Of a stretch of 64,000 bases of DNA, positions 1-9,883 are shown one piece after another. Under the pieces are notes generated by a model. The model worked only from the letters and a program-made list of their open reading frames with translations. It was not told where the DNA came from and made no database searches. Numbering within the stretch: position 1 is the stretch's first letter; every line of letters begins with the position of its first letter. The stretch comes from an uncultured Treponema sp. (GTDB lineage Bacteria; Spirochaetota; Spirochaetia; Treponematales; Treponemataceae): contig CALINC010000139.1 in assembly GCA_938045195.1 (NCBI GenBank), positions 6,039-70,038 of the forward strand, in the 5' to 3' direction. The position numbers and the translations under genes were made by a program.

Positions 1-1021
1 TGTCGTGTATAATGTATTGCAAATTTTGTTCAATAAGAAAATTAAAACATTCTTCCGCAGTTAAAAAAGAATTTGCCTTTTGTAATATTTCTTTTTTAAC
101 GCCTTTTAAGGCAAGATAATACACAAAGGCTTCCATACGGGTATCGGCAGTTCTATTGTGCGTATTAAAAATACCGATTGCAAGTTTTGCAAATTTTCCG
201 ATATGTCCCAAAAGCGTAATATTTTTAAAACCTTTGGAATAAGCGTAAGATAAACTGTCGCCTGCATAATTTGAAATTTTAACGGCAGGCAAGTTTAAAT
301 TTAATTCTTCTGCAATTTTTTCCCCGTAGTTTCCGGGAACAAAAAGAATTGAATTAGTACCGCAGTTTTCTGCAATTCCGTCTATTTCCATATAAATCGT
401 TTTTTTAATAGCGTCTTCACTCATTGGATAAACAATTCCTTTTGTACCGATTATGGAAATACCGCCTTCAACTCCTATATTTTTATTAAATGTTTTTTTT
501 CCTATTTCTTTTCCTTCAGGAGAAAAAATAATAACTTCCGCTCCAGCCGGTAAAATTTGTAATACCTCTTCCGCTATCATTTTTCGCGGAACAGGATTTA
601 TCGCGGCTTCTCCCACTTCGCCAAACAGACCTTTTTTTGTAATTCTCCCTATTCCTTCTCCGCCGTCAATTTTAACTTTACCGTCATCGGCTGCAAAAAC
701 TTTTGCATAAATAAAAATGCCGTCGGTGCTGTCCGGATCATCTCCTGCATCTTTTTGAACCGCCGCAACGGCAAACTGACGGCCGTCGTCAGATGTTCCT
801 AAATGCAGCTTTTCTACGGGTAAATCCAAAACATATCCGGCGGGTGTATTTATTTTTATAGAATGAAGTGCTTCTTTTATGGTTTCATTTTTTAAAGAGT
901 CAAAAGAATTATTTTTAAGAATAACAGCGGCGGCTTTTGCGGCGGCGGCGGCACAGCTTCCGGTTGTATAACCGCACCTCAACCTTTGACCGTCTTTATC
1001 AATATATAAATCTAATTTCAT
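1..1021 (-). CDS. cbiD: Cobalt-precorrin-5B C1-methyltransferase, 3' end runs off the window
   Basis: Not in the ORF track. Manual translation from ATG 1021 gives MKLDLYIDKDGQRLRCGYTTGSCAAAAAKAAA, later VQKDAGDDPDSTDG, GIEGGISIIGTKGIVYPMS and VPGNYG, all CbiD motifs. Confidence 0.93.
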   Translation of the reverse strand, partial: MKLDLYIDKDGQRLRCGYTTGSCAAAAAKAAAVILKNNSFDSLKNETIKEALHSIKINTPAGYVLDLPVEKLHLGTSDDGRQFAVAAVQKDAGDDPDSTDGIFIYAKVFAADDGKVKIDGGEGIGRITKKGLFGEVGEAAINPVPRKMIAEEVLQILPAGAEVIIFSPEGKEIGKKTFNKNIGVEGGISIIGTKGIVYPMSEDAIKKTIYMEIDGIAENCGTNSILFVPGNYGEKIAEELNLNLPAVKISNYAGDSLSYAYSKGFKNITLLGHIGKFAKLAIGIFNTHNRTADTRMEAFVYYLALKGVKKEILQKANSFLTAEECFNFLIEQNLQYIIHD

Positions 1022-1024
1022 AAT

Positions 1025-2035
1025 TTATTCAAATACGGCAACAGCCTCATACCCCTCTTGTTTTAATCTAAGCTGAACGTCTCCATTTTTATCTGCCGCA
1101 ACTAATACGGAATAAAAAATTCCGGAAGCTCTTTCTTCTTTTTTTACCGATGCGGTAAAACCTTTTTTTGTTAATTCATCGGAAAGCGCATTTGCATAAT
1201 TTTCAGTTTTAAAAAAACCGGTTTGATAAAATTTAATTTTAGAAGAATTTGCAGTGTCTTTTTTAGAACTTTCAGCTCTGTTTGGAATTGAGGCACTTAT
1301 TTCCGTTGAGTTTTTTATAAAGGAGTAATTACGCGGAAGCAAATACCAAAAAGTTTTCGGCGATAAAATAGTTTCGCCTTTTACAATACCTGCCTCGATA
1401 CTGTTGGGAAATTTTTTTAAAAGAGTGTTTTCAGCTTTTTTATCGTCTTCAATCCACCAAAGCGTTAAAAGAAGTGCAGGATGAAATTTTTCAAAAGTCA
1501 AATCGGTAACATATTTTTTTAATGATAGAATGACTTGAGAAAATTCTTTTGAACCTTCTTCATAAGATTTTAATTTCACCCATTCGGAATAAATTATAAT
1601 TTTTGCATCTTCTTCCGAAAGCGGATATTGTACAAGCCCCTGTAAAAATTGAGAAAGTTCTATAGCCTTTACAATATCATCGGCTAAGACGGCAGCACCT
1701 AAGGCTTTTATTAAAATTTGTTTTTCGGGTTTAGCAGCAATATCGGTAGCTTGTAAATAGTGACTTACAGCGTCCGAAAATAAATCGCAGCGCTCTTCAT
1801 AATCTGCAAGAATAAGCAGCCCGGAAATTTTCTCGCCGGATGTTTTAAAATTTTCAATTCCGTTTTTAATAAAGGCAATAACTGTCTCTTGAGTATTTTT
1901 TGTAAAAGCCTTTTCAATTAATTTTTGTACATTAGGCGGCAGTTCATTTTCACAAAATAAAACCTGCGGGATAAAGCAAATAAAAAAGCAGAAACAAAAA
2001 CCGTAAACGCCCGTTAAATATTTAAAATACCGCAC
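1025..2035 (-). CDS. Exported TPR-like protein with a C-terminal SPOR domain
   Basis: N-terminal signal peptide, helical middle, and C-terminal FYQTGFFKTENYANALSDELTKKGF...YSVLV typical of SPOR. GTG start. Confidence 0.75.
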   Translation of the reverse strand: MRYFKYLTGVYGFCFCFFICFIPQVLFCENELPPNVQKLIEKAFTKNTQETVIAFIKNGIENFKTSGEKISGLLILADYEERCDLFSDAVSHYLQATDIAAKPEKQILIKALGAAVLADDIVKAIELSQFLQGLVQYPLSEEDAKIIIYSEWVKLKSYEEGSKEFSQVILSLKKYVTDLTFEKFHPALLLTLWWIEDDKKAENTLLKKFPNSIEAGIVKGETILSPKTFWYLLPRNYSFIKNSTEISASIPNRAESSKKDTANSSKIKFYQTGFFKTENYANALSDELTKKGFTASVKKEERASGIFYSVLVAADKNGDVQLRLKQEGYEAVAVFE

Positions 2036-2051
2036 AAAGTTTATGCCTTAT

Positions 2052-2411
2052 TTATTCGGAAACAGGAAACGTTTCTCCGGCAGCTGAAGAATTGGAAGTT
2101 TTTTTCTTATTCCAAAACCGAAATTGTTTTTGTGGTTTTAAATCTACTTTTTTTATTCCTAAAACTTCACTCTCTGCCGATACGGAATTCTGAATTTGTT
2201 TTATCGATTTTTTTCTATTTTTATTTCCCCAAAAAAACGGAACCGTTAATATTATTCCTACTAAAAATGAAAATAAGTTTATAACATATACGGGTACATT
2301 TTCTATCGTATAAAAAAGAAGAGAAACATTGCAGGCATTGTGCATATTAAAACCGGCAAATAAAGCAAAAGCTAAAACGATACATAAAAAATAAATAACT
2401 TTCCAAGGCAT
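2052..2411 (-). CDS. Small membrane protein, LapA/DUF1049-like
   Basis: Two TM segments (FALFAGFN...NVSLLF...PVYVINLFSFLVG) and a basic tail. GGAGG SD places the start at ATG 2411 (MPWK). Confidence 0.65.
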   Translation of the reverse strand: MPWKVIYFLCIVLAFALFAGFNMHNACNVSLLFYTIENVPVYVINLFSFLVGIILTVPFFWGNKNRKKSIKQIQNSVSAESEVLGIKKVDLKPQKQFRFWNKKKTSNSSAAGETFPVSE

Positions 2412-2485
2412 ATAACCCTCCATCAGATAATTCCGAATATCGGTAAGTATAAGTCAAATTAAAAAAAAAGGCAAGATAAAAGCCT

Positions 2486-3367
2486 TTAAACTTTTAAATT
2501 GACGGGTAAAATTTCATCGTCGATTATTCCGTATTTTACCGTAATTCCTGCGATGCCATTTTTTTCAAGGCAAGCGGAAAATAATTCTTCCAGTGCGGCT
2601 ATTTCTTTTTTGGAGAAAGAAATATTTTCACATTTAAAACAGAATTGTTTTTCTTTCAGCATAAAAACCCATTTTTCATTTTGGGCGGCGCAGCGTACGG
2701 CTATGCGGCGGTAGGTCTTTAAATTGAGGTCAAGCAATATGGCGAGTACACCGTCGGCTGTTACAGTGCCTATGTCTTTTTCAAACGGAAAAACAAGCCA
2801 GTGCAATCCTCCCGATTGTTTATGATTTAATAATTCAAAAATAGAATTTTGCGCTTCTTTGTCTTCAGCAAAATTTTGCGTCTCCGTTTTTACTGCAAAT
2901 ATATTTTGTCCGGAACCGTCTTTTTTTTCAAAATTGCCGTCTTCATAATCTTCACTGAAAAGTGCGGAGTAAACTTTTTTAAAAATATCTTCCTTTAATT
3001 CAATGCCCTTGTTTTCTAAAAGTCCCGCTGAAAAGACGGCTTTCTTTTTATCGTTTTTTGTATTCCGCAAAAATGAAAATATTTTTTCTGCAGAATTTCC
3101 CGTTAAACCTCTTTCGGAGGTCATTAAAAAAGATAGAATAGCTGATGAGAGTTCTCCTTGCGGCAGCTCCAATTCCGTAAAAAAATTGCTTTGTTTTATA
3201 TATCCGGTCTCCGTTTGCTCTTTTATAGGTGCAAGGATTTTTTCACCTTGTGTAACAATCGGCATTTTTAAAAGCGTATCCTCTTTTAAATCGGTCAAAA
3301 CATTTCCGGCAAAAATATTTCGGTATATTTTATTTGCCGGTCCATAGAACATATTCCTGCCGATCAT
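2486..3367 (-). CDS. Hypothetical protein
   Basis: 293-aa ORF with a GAGGTG SD, packed in the minus-strand gene string. No recognisable family. Confidence 0.7.
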   Translation of the reverse strand: MIGRNMFYGPANKIYRNIFAGNVLTDLKEDTLLKMPIVTQGEKILAPIKEQTETGYIKQSNFFTELELPQGELSSAILSFLMTSERGLTGNSAEKIFSFLRNTKNDKKKAVFSAGLLENKGIELKEDIFKKVYSALFSEDYEDGNFEKKDGSGQNIFAVKTETQNFAEDKEAQNSIFELLNHKQSGGLHWLVFPFEKDIGTVTADGVLAILLDLNLKTYRRIAVRCAAQNEKWVFMLKEKQFCFKCENISFSKKEIAALEELFSACLEKNGIAGITVKYGIIDDEILPVNLKV

Positions 3368-3377
3368 ATCACCTCAT

Positions 3378-5210
3378 TCAAAAATCACTGTCTAAATTCC
3401 ACGCCAGTCTAAAGCCTAGTCCTTTGTTCACATAATTCGGTTTCCACGCATATCTTACACCGACCGATATATTTTTTACATCAAAATTCCAACTTCCGCC
3501 GCGGACAGATTTGAATTCTCCCGTTGCAGGACCCGCCGGATTTTCAGCTATGCCGGGTTTTATCTCTTCATACCAGTCAAAACACCATTCCCAAACATTA
3601 CCGCTCATATCGTACAAACCGAATGCATTTGCTTCTTTTTTTCCTACCTGCTTAGTTCCATCCGAACTATTGAATAAGGACCAACTTTTTACATCGGTTA
3701 CATAAGGATTATTCCACTTGTGTTTTGAACCGCTGGGATTGTCAAGATTTATCAAAAAAACTTCCCCATAATTTGCAGCTCCTTCAGGATCTTTTCCTTG
3801 CCATCGCGCCGCATATTCCCACTCGGCTTCCGTCGGAAGGCGATAGCCCTTTTTAGTTCTATCAAAATAAAGCTGAGTATATGCTTCCATATTTGTTGCG
3901 TCGCGAAAAACAGTATTATCTGTTTTATTCATTCGGTAAACGCATTCCGCATCAGAACCGTTTTTCATTTCAGTATATGCATTGCACCAAACGACACAAT
4001 CAGCCCATGAAACAAATGTTACCGGATGATAATATCTGGTTTTGGGAGATATGTCAAAAATACTAAAGCCGGGATATCCTTGATTTGAAAAAATATAAGG
4101 GGAATGCGAAGTGCCGTCAATTGCCCAATCATACACTTTTTTCCATAAATTATAGGTTACTTCATATTTTGCAATACAGTATGGACTTAGCGTAACGGTT
4201 CTGTCTTTAATAAAAACTCCATACCAGTATTTTTCGGCACCTATTAAATAATTAGCGGCACTTCCGACAATTCCGGTTTGCGGCGGTATTATTTTTGTAG
4301 CATCCACTAAATTTTTATATGTATTATCTTCGGAATTAACTACGGCTTTTGCATATTTCATTTTCTGCTTTAATTGAGCGGTTGGATATTTTCCAATTAA
4401 AACAATTATACCACTACAGACAAGGAATAAAAATAGTTGAATGACAATTTTTTTAATTTGTACAGGAGCAGTTTTTTTAGTTTCAAGCATACCGCGTGCA
4501 ATGATGCCGATTGTAACTATAGATAAAACCGTAAAACCGATAATGCAAATTTTATTTGATGAAAGCTGAAATACGAACCAACCTATATTACCTATCGCAT
4601 GCAGGATAATAGCATACCATATCGTGTTTGTTTTTTCATAACAATATGCGTATACTATACTCGCTGTAAATACAAGCAGTGCTGCAAAAATATCTTGATT
4701 GGGAATTACAAAAATAGATGCTATTGCGGTTAAAAGAGAACTTACTACTATCGCCGATGATATTGACATCTTGCATTTTAACTGATTGTATATAATCCCC
4801 CTGCAAATTATTTCACCTGCAACCGGAAGCATAATAAAGGCTGTTCCATATTGTGCATATATGGTGTCGAATTGCATATCATAATAATAAATTTTTAAGA
4901 GCCGGACACCGCATACAATAAATAAATTGAAAATTATAATTTTTATTAAAAACAGTACATTATATTTCCTAAAGCTTAAAAATTCATAATTAGAAAGATG
5001 ATATTGCCCTATAATTATAAAAACTACCATTACGCTAATTGCAATACCTACCGAAAGATAAATATAGCTGTCAGGAAGACCGAGTGACTGAGGAAATTGT
5101 GAATAATGAATTGCCCAAAGTATCGACTTAATAAATACTTGTAAAACAATAAATGACAAGGCTAACCCAGCTGATGATACTGCAATATGCAGCCAACTTT
5201 TTTTTATCAT
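3378..5210 (-). CDS. Fusion of a CPBP (CAAX/Abi-like) membrane domain and an FGE-sulfatase/SUMF1 (C-type lectin fold) domain
   Basis: Multi-TM N-half with GEIICRG and HAIGN. C-half has KYEVTYNLW, HPVTFVSW, YRLPTEAEWEYAAR, GLYDMSGNVWEWCFD, RGGSW and GFRL. Confidence 0.85.
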   Translation of the reverse strand: MIKKSWLHIAVSSAGLALSFIVLQVFIKSILWAIHYSQFPQSLGLPDSYIYLSVGIAISVMVVFIIIGQYHLSNYEFLSFRKYNVLFLIKIIIFNLFIVCGVRLLKIYYYDMQFDTIYAQYGTAFIMLPVAGEIICRGIIYNQLKCKMSISSAIVVSSLLTAIASIFVIPNQDIFAALLVFTASIVYAYCYEKTNTIWYAIILHAIGNIGWFVFQLSSNKICIIGFTVLSIVTIGIIARGMLETKKTAPVQIKKIVIQLFLFLVCSGIIVLIGKYPTAQLKQKMKYAKAVVNSEDNTYKNLVDATKIIPPQTGIVGSAANYLIGAEKYWYGVFIKDRTVTLSPYCIAKYEVTYNLWKKVYDWAIDGTSHSPYIFSNQGYPGFSIFDISPKTRYYHPVTFVSWADCVVWCNAYTEMKNGSDAECVYRMNKTDNTVFRDATNMEAYTQLYFDRTKKGYRLPTEAEWEYAARWQGKDPEGAANYGEVFLINLDNPSGSKHKWNNPYVTDVKSWSLFNSSDGTKQVGKKEANAFGLYDMSGNVWEWCFDWYEEIKPGIAENPAGPATGEFKSVRGGSWNFDVKNISVGVRYAWKPNYVNKGLGFRLAWNLDSDF

Positions 5211-5245
5211 AATAAAACTTTTACCTCCTTAACATTTTTTAGTCT

Positions 5246-8200
5246 TTAACAATGACGGTGAAGCCCTATTTCCCATATTTGCATTCCCGCTTCAACGGAA
5301 GCCGTATTTTGTTTACCGGAAGCACAAGCGGATTTCATCGCAGAGGGTTCGAGCCATTCGGCGGAAACGGCAAGCGTTTCTTCCGAGATGTAGTCGCGGA
5401 ACATCGCAAAAGCTTTTTTCAAAGTTACTTTGTCCGCCGTGTTTTCTGAAGCAGAAACAAAAAGATTAATTCTGTCGGTAACTTCCAAGCCGCAGTCTTT
5501 CCGTAAATTTTGAATACCGCGGACTAAATCCCGCACAAAGCCTTCCATAATAAGTTCTTCCGTCAGCTCCGTATTTAAGCCGACGGTGAGCGTACCTTCG
5601 TTGACCACTTTGAGCGAAGCCTTTTCAATGCGGTTGACGATTATCTTTTCTGCAGTAATTTCTACCGTTTTACCGTCGATGTCAATGCTCAGCGTAGAAC
5701 CTTCAAGAATATTCCGTATTTCTTCGGAGTTCATCGCTTCGATAATGGAAGCGGCTTTTTTCATTGAAGAACCGAGTTCTTTACCGAGTATACGGAAGTT
5801 CGCCTTTGCAGAATATTCAACAAGTTCATCTTCTTTTTCATGGAAGATAACCTCTTTGACATTCAGCTCTTCGATAATGCTTTCTTCCATTTCTAAAAGT
5901 ACTTTTTTTTCTTCCGTATTACGGGTTACAATTTCTACCGCCTTGAGCGGTTGTCTAATTTTCAAATTGAATTGATACCGCAATGCCCGCCCCATCGACA
6001 CGGCTTTTTGCACCGTCTTCATTTTAAATTCCAATGCAGTATTGCGGATATTTTTGTTATATTCGGGATACGAAGCTAAATGAATTGAGGGTGCATCCGT
6101 TTCGGTTTTAAGGTTTTGCCATATTGCTTCCGTTATAAAGGGAATTACGGGAGCGGCAATTAGCGAGAATTTTTTTAATGCCCGATAGAGCGTTTCATAG
6201 GCTTGCGTCTTATCGCTGTCGTTTTCACTTTTCCAAAAGCGGCGGCGCGAGCGGCGAATGTACCAGTTATTCAATAAGTCAATATATTCTACCAATGGAG
6301 GAACGGCTTGCGATAAATCATAATTATCCAAGGCAGCCGTTACATCTTGCACGAGTTTTTCGGTTACCGATAAAATCCATGCGTCAAGCGGATTATTTAA
6401 ACTGCTTATCAATTTTTCAAGCCCCGAATCCGCACTATCCGAGTTTACTCCGGCAGGCGGTACTACGCCGTCTATGTTTGCATAGGTTACATAGAAACTG
6501 TAACTGTTCCAAAACGGAATTAAAATTCCTTTAAGAACATCTCGGACTCCTTCATCGGAATATTTTAAGTCGTCAGCTTTTACGACATTTGAATTCATTA
6601 AGAATAAACGGAGGGCATCCGCACCGAATTGGCTGATGACTTTATTCGGGTCGGTAAAATTGCGTAGTGATTTTGACATTTTCTTTCCGTCTTCGGCAAG
6701 TACCAATCCGTTTACAATGCAGTTTTTAAAAGCGGGTTTATCGAATAAGGCTGCAGCTAAAATCGTCAAAGTGTAAAACCAACCGCGGGTTTGATCCAAA
6801 CCTTCCGAGATAAAATCTGCGGGAAAGTTTTTTTCAAATTTTTCTTTATTTTCAAAGGGATAGTGCTGCTGTGCATACGGCATAGATCCCGATTCAAACC
6901 AACAGTCTAAAACTTCCGGCACCCGCTTCATTGTACCGCCGCAGTTTTTGCACGGAATTGTGATTTTATCGACAAAGTGTTTGTGCATATCTTCAGGATA
7001 TACGCCCGATAATTCTTTTAATTCTGCCCGGCTTCCCACACAAATTGTGGTGCCGCAGTCCGGGCATTTCCAAATCGGTATCGGGTTGCCCCAATAGCGG
7101 TTGCGGCTGATTGCCCAGTCGCGTGCCCCCTCAAGCCATTTTCCGAAACGGCCGGATTTTATGTGGTCAGGCTGCCAAAAAATTTGAGCATTGGCGTTGA
7201 GCATTTTTTCTTTTATTTTTTCGACAGAAACAAACCGGCTTGCAACCGCCCGATAGATTAAGGGGCTGGAGCATCGCCAGCAATGCGGATATGCGTGCAG
7301 TATTTGATCCCGTTTAAAGAGTTTCCCTTCGGCTTTAAGCCGGTCAATAATTTGCTTGTCGGCATCTTTTACAAATACGTCTTGATAGTCTTTTACTTCG
7401 GCAGTGAATTTACATTCTGCATCAACGGGGCACACCGTCGGCACGCCCGAATTTTTGAACACGCGGTTATCGTCTTCACCGAAGCCCGGTGCCGTATGTA
7501 CGATTCCCGTTCCGTCTTCGGTAGTAACAAAGTCTCCAAGAAGCAGGCGGAACGCGCCGCTTCCTGCTTCCGGATTCACACCGTTTTCATCTGCTGCAAG
7601 CTGCTTAAAATAAGGGAACAGCGGCTCATAACGTAAGCCCTCAAGTTCGGCTCCTTTTTTCTTCCATATTATTTTGTATTCGGACGGAGCAGCTTTTTTC
7701 TGTTGCGGTTTGTTTTCTTCTTTCGGAAAATAGGCTTCAAGACGCGGCACCGCTATGATGTAGTAAGCATCTTCGTATTCAATTAAAGCATATTCAATGT
7801 CTGCCCCTGCGGTAAGCCCTAAATTGCTCGGCAGTGTCCACGGCGTAGTTGTCCATGCCAAAAGGTAGGTATTTTCGGGCAAGTCATTTGTACCGAAGCG
7901 GTTTGCAAATGTTTTTCCTGCAGCAGAATTTTTTACGGGCGGAAGAATCTTAAAGCGGACGGTAATTGCCGGATCGTGTACATCTTTGTAACCGCCTAAG
8001 TTTAACTCATGATTTGAAAGCACGGTTGAACAGCGGGGACAATAGGGAAGAATATAATAGCCTTCGTATAAAAGCCCCTTATCGTGGAGGCTTTTCATAA
8101 CCCACCAGATGGATTCCATAAAATCAGGGTTCATAGTTTTATAATCATTTTCAAAATCGACCCAACGGCCTAAACGGGTAATCGTCCGCTTCCATTCTTT

Positions 8201-8584
8201 AACATAGCGGAGAACGCTTGCTCGGCAGGCTTCGTTAAATTTATCAATGCCGTATTTTTCAATTTCGGTTTTAGAATTAAGCCCAAGTTCTTGTTCAATT
8301 AAGTTTTCAACAGGAAGTCCGTGGCAATCCCAGCCGAATCTCCGTTCCACTCTAAAGCCTTTCATTGTTTTATAGCGGGGAATAATATCTTTTATCGTGC
8401 CGGGAACAAAATGCCCAAAATGCGGGAGCCCTGTGGCAAAAGGAGGTCCGTCAAAAAAAACATAATCGCTCTTGCCGTCCCGTGCCGAAACGGATTTTTT
8501 AAAAATATCATTATCCTCCCAAAATTTTAAAACAGCTTCTTCTTGTCTTGCAAAATCAACTTTAGGATCTACAGGCTTATACAT
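5246..8584 (-). CDS. ileS: Isoleucine--tRNA ligase (type 2, eukaryote-like)
   Basis: DGPPFATGLPHFGH, GWDCHGLP, WTTTPWTLP, DWAISRNRYWG and KMSKS motifs; 1112 aa. Confidence 0.98.
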   Translation of the reverse strand: MYKPVDPKVDFARQEEAVLKFWEDNDIFKKSVSARDGKSDYVFFDGPPFATGLPHFGHFVPGTIKDIIPRYKTMKGFRVERRFGWDCHGLPVENLIEQELGLNSKTEIEKYGIDKFNEACRASVLRYVKEWKRTITRLGRWVDFENDYKTMNPDFMESIWWVMKSLHDKGLLYEGYYILPYCPRCSTVLSNHELNLGGYKDVHDPAITVRFKILPPVKNSAAGKTFANRFGTNDLPENTYLLAWTTTPWTLPSNLGLTAGADIEYALIEYEDAYYIIAVPRLEAYFPKEENKPQQKKAAPSEYKIIWKKKGAELEGLRYEPLFPYFKQLAADENGVNPEAGSGAFRLLLGDFVTTEDGTGIVHTAPGFGEDDNRVFKNSGVPTVCPVDAECKFTAEVKDYQDVFVKDADKQIIDRLKAEGKLFKRDQILHAYPHCWRCSSPLIYRAVASRFVSVEKIKEKMLNANAQIFWQPDHIKSGRFGKWLEGARDWAISRNRYWGNPIPIWKCPDCGTTICVGSRAELKELSGVYPEDMHKHFVDKITIPCKNCGGTMKRVPEVLDCWFESGSMPYAQQHYPFENKEKFEKNFPADFISEGLDQTRGWFYTLTILAAALFDKPAFKNCIVNGLVLAEDGKKMSKSLRNFTDPNKVISQFGADALRLFLMNSNVVKADDLKYSDEGVRDVLKGILIPFWNSYSFYVTYANIDGVVPPAGVNSDSADSGLEKLISSLNNPLDAWILSVTEKLVQDVTAALDNYDLSQAVPPLVEYIDLLNNWYIRRSRRRFWKSENDSDKTQAYETLYRALKKFSLIAAPVIPFITEAIWQNLKTETDAPSIHLASYPEYNKNIRNTALEFKMKTVQKAVSMGRALRYQFNLKIRQPLKAVEIVTRNTEEKKVLLEMEESIIEELNVKEVIFHEKEDELVEYSAKANFRILGKELGSSMKKAASIIEAMNSEEIRNILEGSTLSIDIDGKTVEITAEKIIVNRIEKASLKVVNEGTLTVGLNTELTEELIMEGFVRDLVRGIQNLRKDCGLEVTDRINLFVSASENTADKVTLKKAFAMFRDYISEETLAVSAEWLEPSAMKSACASGKQNTASVEAGMQIWEIGLHRHC

Positions 8585-8811
8585 TCGTACTTAAAACTCC
8601 TGAAAAAAGATTTTAAAGTGTATGGTTATAGCATGCACTCAATAAACCGGAATTGCAAAAAGCAAATCCGATTATATCCGCTAATTATACCGCTTTTTTA
8701 TGGATTATGCAATATGGTGATAGGTATAAATCAGGCACATCATGGGCAGTACTGAAAGGGCTTTTGAAAATAGGGGAAGCCGTCGCCATGAGTTTAACAA
8801 ATCCCAGACGG

Positions 8812-8887
8812 AGGCAAAGAAGAAGTGGAAGTGCCGGACTAATTGATAATGTGTAATGGATAATTGACATTAAAAAAGATATTCTCT
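8812..8887 (+). repeat. Direct repeat copy 1 flanking the Rpn gene
   Basis: aggcaaagaagaagtggaagtgccggactaattgataatgtgtaatggataatt...ttaaaaaagatattctct, closely matching 9884-9960. Confidence 0.9.
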
Positions 8888-8937
8888 TTTAAAATTGCTG
8901 AAGATATGTTATAATACAAGGTGCGGGGGAAAAGTTT

Positions 8938-9840
8938 ATGACTACTTCAAATAGAAAATATAAGGATTCAGTATTTGTCGATTTGTTCAGTGAAGACGAA
9001 AGGGCTAAGGAGAATTTTTTATCGCTGTATAATGCTTTGCACGGAACAAACCTGCAAATGTCTTGTCCTGTAGAAAATATACGGCTTGAAAACGTTATGT
9101 ACATGAACATAATAAACGATGTTTCCTGCCTTGTAGATGGTAAAATCATCGTATTAGCTGAACATCAGTCTACGATAAACGAAAATATGCCCTTGCGTTT
9201 TTTAGAATACATAGCCAGGATCTATGAAAAACTGCAAGCACCTACCGATAGGTATTTAAGAAAGCTATCAAAAATACCTACACCTGAATTTTACGTCTTT
9301 TACAATGGGAAGGAAGATTATCCTGAAAGTACAATTCTAAAACTGTCGGACGCGTTTATAACAAAGCCTGAACAGGTGCCGCTTGAACTTACGGTACGGG
9401 TGATCAATATCAACACTGACAAAGCAAACAAAGTTTTATCTGCGTGCAAACCGCTTGAAGAATACAGCCTTTTTGTAGAAGAGGTAAGAAAGCAAACACA
9501 AGTTGACCGTGAAAACGGCTTTACCAATGCGGTAAAAATGTGTATAGAAAAAGGCATCTTAAAAGAATACTTACAGAGGAAATCACGGGAGGTAATAAAT
9601 ATGCTAGTAGCGGAATATGATTATGATACGGACATTGCCGTACAGAGACAAGAAAGCCTAATGATTGGAATACAGCAAGGTATTGAAAGAGGCATTAAGC
9701 AAGGCATTGAAAAAGGCATTTCCGAAGGCTCATATCAAAAAGCTCTCGAAACGGCAAAGTTGATGAAAGGTAGGAATTATCCGATTAGTGATATTTGCAC
9801 AATATCTGGACTTTCCGTTGAGGAAATAGAGGCTTTATAA
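8938..9840 (+). CDS. Rpn family / PD-(D/E)XK nuclease (YhgA-like)
   Basis: NRKYKDSVF, NDVS...EHQSTINENMPLR, PTPEFYVFYNG, and a C-terminal GIQQGIERGIKQGIEKG repeat with AKLMK...ISGLSVEEI. Confidence 0.92.
   Translation: MTTSNRKYKDSVFVDLFSEDERAKENFLSLYNALHGTNLQMSCPVENIRLENVMYMNIINDVSCLVDGKIIVLAEHQSTINENMPLRFLEYIARIYEKLQAPTDRYLRKLSKIPTPEFYVFYNGKEDYPESTILKLSDAFITKPEQVPLELTVRVININTDKANKVLSACKPLEEYSLFVEEVRKQTQVDRENGFTNAVKMCIEKGILKEYLQRKSREVINMLVAEYDYDTDIAVQRQESLMIGIQQGIERGIKQGIEKGISEGSYQKALETAKLMKGRNYPISDICTISGLSVEEIEAL
9601..9840 (+). CDS. Putative nested in-frame small protein (RpnS-like antitoxin), 79 aa
   Basis: GGAGGT at 9588-9593, 7 nt upstream of in-frame ATG 9601 (MLVAEYDYD...), just before the C-terminal repeat region. 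Confidence 0.6.
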   Translation: MLVAEYDYDTDIAVQRQESLMIGIQQGIERGIKQGIEKGISEGSYQKALETAKLMKGRNYPISDICTISGLSVEEIEAL

Positions 9841-9883
9841 GAGTTAGCTTTTTTGCAAATAGGCGGAGCAGATGCAAGGAGTT

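Noticed and set aside
3378..3520. DGR variable region in the FGE/CLec domain
   Set aside because: No reverse transcriptase, template repeat or downstream hairpin is visible in the window; the next gene begins right after the stop.
8585..8810. T-box leader for ileS
   Set aside because: No T-box consensus (AAGGTGGTACCGCG-like) or terminator/antiterminator on the minus strand.
9664..9730. Tandem 12-bp repeats as a CRISPR or VNTR
   Set aside because: These encode the GIxx repeats normal for Rpn C-termini; there are no spacers or cas genes.
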